DNA of 64,000 nt from Myxococcota bacterium (GTDB lineage: Bacteria > Myxococcota_A > SURF-8), in the NCBI GenBank assembly GCA_963674735.2, contig CAXXQS010000001.1, positions 1,728,001 through 1,792,000 of the forward strand. Reading direction: 5' to 3'. Below the pieces are notes generated by a model. It was not told the origin of the DNA. It did no database searches and saw only the letters and a program-made list of their open reading frames with translations. Position numbers and translations under genes: made by a program. Position 1 is the first letter of the stretch. Each line of letters begins with the position of its first letter. This document shows, in pieces, positions 55,925 through 64,000 of the stretch.

Positions 55925-58894
55925 CTAGATATCACCTGTTTCTTCCATCTCCGGTTTAATGGCGACGGCCGTATGCTGGCGGCCATCGATACGGACCGTT
56001 GTCGGACGATCCAGGCGAACGTGGCGCAGATAAGTTGTTTCTTCCACGATGGAGCGACTGTCGAGCCAATCCCAATCGATGTGCGCGTGGTGGCGTTTGT
56101 TGGGGACCGTCAAGTAGCCGATTCCCAATGATGTGATGTTCTGGAAAAAGTGGGTTCCGTTGGAAGGATCCACCTGAAAATCAGGTCGGGAAGCTTCGAT
56201 AATCACTCGCGCTCCAGCAATCTGAGCCCAATCCACACCAATTCCGAGCCAGGGATCGGTGGAACCCCAGCGACCGAAACCGACTAGAATATAACCGCGT
56301 TTTTCGGCTTTTAACTTATCGTTCATGCGCCCGACTTCATCCGCAATTTGCCGAGTCATGGCACGATCGAACGTCTCGGGTTTGACATAGACAATATCGG
56401 TCAGGTCGCGATGAACACCGTTTCCAAGCCCCAACTCGGTGTGACACCAGGATCGGTTGCAATCTTCTTCCGTCACCGCAACCTGCTCATTTTCACCCTT
56501 GGCAATCAGGGGGCGAATCTGTAACAGCTTCAGTTCGGGGCGTTTGGGGGCCGGCCATAGATTGACTGCGAATTCCATCTCGATCGGACAGCCCATCGCC
56601 TCTTCGAAAGTCTGGAACAGATCTTTAAGAATCTTCGCCAGAGGAAATTCATGATATTTAAGAATGCCCGCAAAGGTCACCACACGCGGTCCATCGTAGG
56701 ATAAACTGTCCCGAATGACATGATCGGCCGGAAGGTATACCGAGCCCAAAGACCCGAGTTCACCATGCGCCTCCGCATCGGACAACTCAAGCAGCTTCAA
56801 ATTGGCATCCGGACTCCCCTCTTCCAGATGCGGCTGATCCATTCTCAGGGCATAGAACTGTTTCTGGCTGGCCGAGAGCCAGGAATCAGGCGACGAGAAC
56901 TGCGGTAAAATCCCCGGATAAGCCGGAGAAAAACGCAACGCCGATCCACCATCTACAACCATCTTACCTAACCCCAAAGCCAGATGCGCCACACCATCCT
57001 CGGCTTTCATGACTCCGAAAGGATAGAAGTTCACCGACTGCCCCACCCCTGAAAACGTCGGGTAGTAATAGCTGCCATGGCGTTTTCCCACCACTTCCTG
57101 AATCACTACCGCCATCTTTTCCTCTTCCAGACGATGGCTGGTCGCGGCAAAATAAGCGCGGGGGTTGCGTCCGAATGTCGAAGCCCACACCAGTTTGATT
57201 GCCATCAACAACTGGTTCAGCCGCTCTTTACGCGACGGTGCGGTATTGGGCAGCATATAAGTGTTGTAAAGTCCGGCGAAAGGCTGAAGATGCGAATCCT
57301 CCAACAGGCTGGAACTACGCACCGCGATGGGAGTTTTAATGCGTCTCAGGTAAAAACGAAGATTATCAACGAGTTGGGGTTGAACGCGTCCCTCAATAAA
57401 GCGCCGACGAATCGCACCTTCATCCTCACTCTCGATAGCGTAGTGACGCAAGTCGTTTGCGTCCAAGAAGGTATCGAATTCACCCGCCCCGATGACCAAA
57501 GTCCGCGGCACGGCAATATCGACTTCCGGGAAATCTTCGGAAAAATGTTGGCGCTTAGCCAAATATCGGATAAAGGCAATTCCACGCCCTTTACCTCCCA
57601 ACGATCCTTGACCTAAGTGTAGGAAATTACTTGCCTGATAGGGACGCTTCATTGAAAAATGCGCCACGACATCCGTCTCTTTATCGGCCAATACCGCCGA
57701 GATGGTTTCTATGACATAGCGCCGAACGTCTTCGTGGCTGGGGAACTCCGTCACCCGCCGGGGGCGTAAATGTTCCGCCATGGTCACTTCCGTGCGTGCC
57801 ATCAGCCAATTGGAAATGTGATTATGTTCGGCATGCCAGATAACGGATTCAACCGGGACATGAGCCAGGCGGTGGACAAACTCATAGACATCGCCCGCAC
57901 GCCCCACCTCGCGCCCGTCGGACATACGGAATACAAAATCGCCGAAACCCATGCGCTCTTTGAGAAAGCGACGCAGGTCGGTCAACAAATGCGGAGATCC
58001 CTTGTCGAGAAACTCGGCACCGATCTGATGAGCGCGCCAGCGATTTTCTTCCGGCTCGGCAGACTGCAAAACAACAGGAATATCCGGTGTTTCACCCTTT
58101 ATGTTGCGAATAAAATCATACCCGGCATCTTTGTCGTGAATACCGTTACGCCAAAAACGAACATCACTGATCACCCCCAGAATGTTCTTGCGATAACGCT
58201 CGTAAAGCGCCATACCCTCTTCGTACGTCTCGGCCAAAAGAATTTTAGCCCGTGAGCGCATGCGCAACTGTTTGTGCAAGTCATTGAACCCATCATCGAT
58301 CAAACGGCGGGTGAGATCCATCACCACGGCATACATATTGGGCAGAAAAGCCGAATAATGAACGATCGAATCTTCCAGAAGCAGAATTGCGCGAACCTGG
58401 CCGTGGCTGATGTCGTGATCGAGATTGCGACGATCTTCCACCAATTTGATAATCGCAAGCAGGATTTGCGTGTCATTGTTCCACAGAAAAATGTGGTCAA
58501 CACTTTTCGGTCGTTTGATCACCGGAAGATCGGCCACATCATAAGGGTCGGACGCCAGTAATACGACCGGCAGGCCGGGATTGATCTTTTTGACGCGGTC
58601 GGCAAATTCGAAAGGATCGTTATCCGACAGGCGAATCATCACCAGCACCAGATCGACGCCGCCTTCCTCGATGGCCATGAGCGCCCTCTCGACGCTGCTG
58701 ACACGCCGAACATGCGGAGGATCCGTGAGCCGCAATCCGACATACTGGCTCCAGATCTGTTCGGTCAGGCTGCCATCCTCTTCGAGAATGAACGCATCAT
58801 AGAGGTTGGAAACAAACAGGATTTCATGGATGCGGTTCGGCATCAACGAGCGGTATCCACCAAACTTCGGGGTATATTCATCAGCGGCTTTCAT
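55925..58894 (-). CDS. Receiver-like domains plus PEP/pyruvate-binding (PPDK_N) ATP-grasp protein
   Basis: GSLGGKGRG, AVRSSSLLED, FAGLY, MAVVIQ, IEMEFAV, LLQIRP; N-terminal REC-like domains; start uncertain. Confidence 0.85.
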   Translation of the reverse strand: MKAADEYTPKFGGYRSLMPNRIHEILFVSNLYDAFILEEDGSLTEQIWSQYVGLRLTDPPHVRRVSSVERALMAIEEGGVDLVLVMIRLSDNDPFEFADRVKKINPGLPVVLLASDPYDVADLPVIKRPKSVDHIFLWNNDTQILLAIIKLVEDRRNLDHDISHGQVRAILLLEDSIVHYSAFLPNMYAVVMDLTRRLIDDGFNDLHKQLRMRSRAKILLAETYEEGMALYERYRKNILGVISDVRFWRNGIHDKDAGYDFIRNIKGETPDIPVVLQSAEPEENRWRAHQIGAEFLDKGSPHLLTDLRRFLKERMGFGDFVFRMSDGREVGRAGDVYEFVHRLAHVPVESVIWHAEHNHISNWLMARTEVTMAEHLRPRRVTEFPSHEDVRRYVIETISAVLADKETDVVAHFSMKRPYQASNFLHLGQGSLGGKGRGIAFIRYLAKRQHFSEDFPEVDIAVPRTLVIGAGEFDTFLDANDLRHYAIESEDEGAIRRRFIEGRVQPQLVDNLRFYLRRIKTPIAVRSSSLLEDSHLQPFAGLYNTYMLPNTAPSRKERLNQLLMAIKLVWASTFGRNPRAYFAATSHRLEEEKMAVVIQEVVGKRHGSYYYPTFSGVGQSVNFYPFGVMKAEDGVAHLALGLGKMVVDGGSALRFSPAYPGILPQFSSPDSWLSASQKQFYALRMDQPHLEEGSPDANLKLLELSDAEAHGELGSLGSVYLPADHVIRDSLSYDGPRVVTFAGILKYHEFPLAKILKDLFQTFEEAMGCPIEMEFAVNLWPAPKRPELKLLQIRPLIAKGENEQVAVTEEDCNRSWCHTELGLGNGVHRDLTDIVYVKPETFDRAMTRQIADEVGRMNDKLKAEKRGYILVGFGRWGSTDPWLGIGVDWAQIAGARVIIEASRPDFQVDPSNGTHFFQNITSLGIGYLTVPNKRHHAHIDWDWLDSRSIVEETTYLRHVRLDRPTTVRIDGRQHTAVAIKPEMEETGDI

Positions 58895-58963
58895 CGAGCC
58901 TTCCTTCGCCTCCACGTTAAATTGTCAAGATATGTTCACGTCGCTATAGTGCCATAAACCAAC

Positions 58964-58995
58964 AAAAAACGCCCCCCTATTTACGAGGGGGGCGC
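58964..58995 (-). terminator. Terminator after gdhA
   Basis: CGCCCCCCT / AGGGGGGCG stem with A-tract on the plus strand. Confidence 0.75.
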
Positions 58996-59016
58996 AAATA
59001 TCAAAGTGGAAATCGA

Positions 59017-60369
<1,353 letters not shown>

Positions 60370-60758
60370 CTAAAACAGGGTTTGTTATGATATTTGCTCC
60401 TGAAACGGTGGAGCACCAAGGTTGGACTAACATTTTGGATCATGGTGGCAGTCCCAATCTCCTTCTTTCGCCGATGTTAAAAACCCCTTCAAAGGGAGCG
60501 GCGAATTGCGGTCTGCTTATAACGCTCAATATGCAGGGAGTCAACGAAATTCACAACTTTTTTACTGCATTTTCCACAGACCGCGAAGAAGGTGAAATCC
60601 ACCTCCAAATCACCTCTTGCGAGCTTGATATCACAGGGAAAAAACAGAGGAATCACACCGCTACCTTATTTGTTGTATAAGGCAACTGTTGAACTCCACC
60701 GCAAACTAGAGTATAAGAAACTATTTTAAAGGGTTTCTCCAATCAGGCGAGGTTGTCT

Positions 60759-63410
60759 ATGGCACGTCTTAAGCTTCACGATTCCGCTTTTTACCACCAT
60801 ACTCTTTACATATGCTTGCTCTCACTCATCCTGTTCGGCATCACATTTGCCTGCTCGAATGACAACGGATCTTCCAACGATGGCGATGTACCAGATGGTG
60901 ATGATTCTGATGGTGACGAACCCGATGGGGATGAAGATGGAGATGAAGACCATAATCCGCCCGATTCCGTACTCACGAACGGGCGTTTTTCCGTAGAGGT
61001 TTTAGAGGATCTACCGGGCCTCGAAATGGATTGGGGAAATCAACGTAAGTTGCTTTTCGACGCCTCTGGCATCCAACTCGGCCGCGTCGATGCTCTGGAT
61101 GAAGAAGTCAACTACGACCCCTGGCCACTGGCCGTCGGAGAAACAACGTACTGGCCTCCCGAAGGCTTGGCCTTCTTAAACGTTGTCGCGATCGAAATCA
61201 CCGCCATCAATGCCGACACCATCGAGGCGACACTGACCTTCGAACAAGATCAGCACGCGGAACTGACACTCAAGCTCATAGGGGAAGGGAATCTGCGTGC
61301 AACCCTAATTCCGACCGCCGATGAGCATGCGATCGCTTACTTCCGCCTACGTCCGACCGTCGATACCCAAGAGGGTTTTTATGGTCTCGGCGAATATTTC
61401 GATCAGGTCAATCACCGTGGGAAAATTCGTGCCATGCAGATGGAAGCCGACCTGTCGCTTGAGGGCGGATACAACGAAGCCCATGTACCTGTCCCCTTTA
61501 TCATCGGTACGACCGGCTGGGGACTCTTCGCCGATTGCCCCTACCCCGGTACTTTCGACGTCGCCACCCAGACGGATGATCGCGTGGAAATCACCTTCGG
61601 AACCGGCCCGTTCTCTATGGCAGGATTCACCTTCTATCTGTTTGCTGCCGATCACCCGCTCGATATCACTAAACACTATTACGAGACGACCGGCTACCCG
61701 AGCCTACCCGGGCGCTTCGGGCTGGGCCCGCTGGTCTGGCGGGACGAAAACGACGATCAAGCCCAGGTTGAAAGCGATCTGGCCACCCTCCGGGAACTCG
61801 ACTTGGCCACCAGCGCCTATTGGATCGATCGTCCTTATGCCAGTGGCGTTAATGGCTTTGACTTTCACTCGGGGATGTTCAGCAATGCACAGGATATGAT
61901 CGATCTGGCCCATGCATATGGGTTCCGCATGGCACTTTGGCATAGCCCCTACGTCGCAAACGGACACGAATCGTCGGACGCCACAATCGCGTTGTACGAT
62001 GAAGCGGTGGCCAACGGGTATTTCCCCCCACAAACCGGCCTTCTGCTCAACAAATGGGGAAAACCCATCGACTTTACCAACCCCGACGCCTATGCCTGGT
62101 GGCAGAATCTGATTCATCGATATACGGATATGGGAATCGAGGGATTCAAGCTGGACTATGCCGAGGACGTCGTACCTGGGTTGTTCGGGGTGCGCAATAT
62201 CTGGGAGTTTTACGACGGTTCGGACGAGCGCAGTATGCATTCACTCTATCAACTTGGTTACCATCGCGTATATGCCGAAACAATGCCCGAAACGGGTGGT
62301 TTCATCTTAGCGCGTGGTGGAACCTATGGCGACCAGACAAACGTCAATGTCATTTGGCCCGGTGATCTCGATGCTGACTTCTCCTATCATGGCCAGATCG
62401 TTGAAAAAGATGACGACGAAACCTACGGCGCGGTGGGCGGTGTTCCAGCGGCCCTGATCGGCGGACTGACTCTCGGTCCATCCGGTTTTCCCTTCTACGG
62501 CTCCGATACCGGTGGCTACCGCCACTCCCCCCCCGACAAAGAAACATTCACGCGCTGGTTCCAGATAACGGCCTTATCCACGGTCATGCAGATCGGAACC
62601 AGTTCCAACGACGTAGCTTGGGAATATGACAGCGATAATGGTTTCGACGACGAGATGCTCGGTTGGTATCGCACCTATACGCGCCTGCACCTGCGGCTCT
62701 TCCCTTACGAATGGACCTATGCCAAAAACCTGGCGACGAACGGCCGAGCCATCCAGCGACCGCTGGGATTGGCCTACCCCGAGTTGGGAGAACATCCGAG
62801 TGATATTTTCCTGTTCGGGGATTATCTGCTCGTGGCTCCGGTGGTCGAGCGCTCGCAGACACAGAAAGACGTCCGTTTCCCGCCAGGTCGTTGGGTGGAT
62901 TGGTGGGACGGTACGCTCTATGAAGGCGACCGCACGGAAACGGTCGAAGCTCCCCTATCCAAATTGCCCTTATATTTGATGGAAGGCGGAATCGTGCCGA
63001 TGCTGCGTCCCACCATCGACACCATCTCCCCCACGACGCAGGATGCCGAGCTGGTGGACAGTTTCGACACGCACGCGGGAATCCTATACGCCCGGATCGT
63101 ACCCGGTGCAGCAAGTACGTTCACCCTGTACGACGGTACAGTCATCAGCCAAGAAAAGTCCGACACCTCCGTAGCCTTAAGCTACAGCGATGGAGAAGAA
63201 TTTTCTTTCGGCGCGCAATTTGAATTGATCGTATTCGGAGACACCGCCCCTTCCAGTGTCACGGACAACGGCGCGGCTCTCAGCCAACAGGCAAGTTTGG
63301 ACGATCTTTCCGCAGGCAATGAAGGCTGGATTTTTATCGCCGACCAACTCGGGGGACTGCTGGTCGTCAAAGTGGGAGCGGGCGAACACTCGGTGGAGGT
63401 GGTGTTTTAG
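60759..63410 (+). CDS. GH31 glycoside hydrolase lipoprotein
   Basis: Lipobox TFAC, DGD linker, FYGLGE, WID, GFKLDYAE nucleophile, WPGD acid/base, LLVAPV. Confidence 0.9.
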   Translation: MARLKLHDSAFYHHTLYICLLSLILFGITFACSNDNGSSNDGDVPDGDDSDGDEPDGDEDGDEDHNPPDSVLTNGRFSVEVLEDLPGLEMDWGNQRKLLFDASGIQLGRVDALDEEVNYDPWPLAVGETTYWPPEGLAFLNVVAIEITAINADTIEATLTFEQDQHAELTLKLIGEGNLRATLIPTADEHAIAYFRLRPTVDTQEGFYGLGEYFDQVNHRGKIRAMQMEADLSLEGGYNEAHVPVPFIIGTTGWGLFADCPYPGTFDVATQTDDRVEITFGTGPFSMAGFTFYLFAADHPLDITKHYYETTGYPSLPGRFGLGPLVWRDENDDQAQVESDLATLRELDLATSAYWIDRPYASGVNGFDFHSGMFSNAQDMIDLAHAYGFRMALWHSPYVANGHESSDATIALYDEAVANGYFPPQTGLLLNKWGKPIDFTNPDAYAWWQNLIHRYTDMGIEGFKLDYAEDVVPGLFGVRNIWEFYDGSDERSMHSLYQLGYHRVYAETMPETGGFILARGGTYGDQTNVNVIWPGDLDADFSYHGQIVEKDDDETYGAVGGVPAALIGGLTLGPSGFPFYGSDTGGYRHSPPDKETFTRWFQITALSTVMQIGTSSNDVAWEYDSDNGFDDEMLGWYRTYTRLHLRLFPYEWTYAKNLATNGRAIQRPLGLAYPELGEHPSDIFLFGDYLLVAPVVERSQTQKDVRFPPGRWVDWWDGTLYEGDRTETVEAPLSKLPLYLMEGGIVPMLRPTIDTISPTTQDAELVDSFDTHAGILYARIVPGAASTFTLYDGTVISQEKSDTSVALSYSDGEEFSFGAQFELIVFGDTAPSSVTDNGAALSQQASLDDLSAGNEGWIFIADQLGGLLVVKVGAGEHSVEVVF

Positions 63411-63507
63411 AGGGCGGGTTAACAAACAAGTATAACGCGGTCCTCCGCGATATGTGGAACGCCATTCCCGACGATTTCCAAACATGCAAGAAAGGGGTTT
63501 CGCTCCT

Positions 63508-63861
63508 CTACTCTCCCACGAAATTCCCCCGGTCGCTGATTTCGTTGTTGCCGAGCGCCTGCTGAATCAAGTTGACGGCCGCCTCCCGGTCGGCTCGTTC
63601 CACGACCAAGCGCACCTCGGTCATGATGCTGGCACCCACGGGAAAACTGGAGCTTTCCAACTCACGCAGGTTCGTCGGAACACCTCCGTCTTCCAGGATC
63701 GCAGCCAGGTGATTCGCCTCCAAACTGCCGGGACAGGCGTAGACTTCGATGAAATCCAAATCTTCCTCCCGTTCCAAGCTTTCGACCAGCGCAGTTGCGC
63801 AGTCCGGGCACACGGAAACCCCTTCGCGATACTCAGATCCACACGTTGGACATACCGGCAT
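63508..63861 (-). CDS. Zinc-ribbon plus DUF2007-like protein
   Basis: CPTCGSEYREGVSVCPDCATALV, EANHLAAILEDGGV. Confidence 0.8.
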   Translation of the reverse strand: MPVCPTCGSEYREGVSVCPDCATALVESLEREEDLDFIEVYACPGSLEANHLAAILEDGGVPTNLRELESSSFPVGASIMTEVRLVVERADREAAVNLIQQALGNNEISDRGNFVGE

Positions 63862-64000
63862 AGTGGCCTCCCTTTCCAGGTTGTTCGGCTACCCTTATTC
63901 TGCCTGTTCAAATGCCGTGTGTCAATTGTTATGAACGTTTCAACCACCGAATGTCACACAAATTTTGCTTGTTTTAATCAAGGCGGTATGCTAACCAGTA

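Overview
The window has two halves. Positions 1 to ~29694 look like the tRNA-proximal end of a genomic island integrated at the 3' end of tRNA-Ala(GGC) (29695-29770, minus strand). This half holds: three copies of one IS3-family element plus ISAs1, IS4 and IS200 elements; an SOS mutagenesis cassette (lexA, DUF72, inactive Y-family polymerase, DnaE); a 5'-truncated tyrosine recombinase; an uncharacterised 3-gene operon built around a HExxH metallopeptidase-like protein; a ParB-methyltransferase / SplB-like radical SAM / DUF523 operon; a prokaryotic viperin in an apparent 3-gene unit with a 566-aa helical protein and a DUF4258-like protein; an orphan type I-C-like CRISPR array cut exactly at a repeat boundary by an IS; and several candidate structured RNAs. 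Positions ~29800-64000 look like core or metabolic chromosome: OFA-family MFS, pgsA, a SecA paralogue next to a GH84-GH2 fusion, ClC, vWA protein, M16 peptidase pair, AmmeMemoRadiSam radical SAM, a TetR-controlled catabolic operon, REC-PPDK_N with gdhA, and GH31. Gene content (DGD-rich lipoprotein linkers, MYXO-CTERM-like tail) suggests a Myxococcota/'deltaproteobacterial' host, which is inference only. All calls come from motif recognition by eye; no database searches were run.
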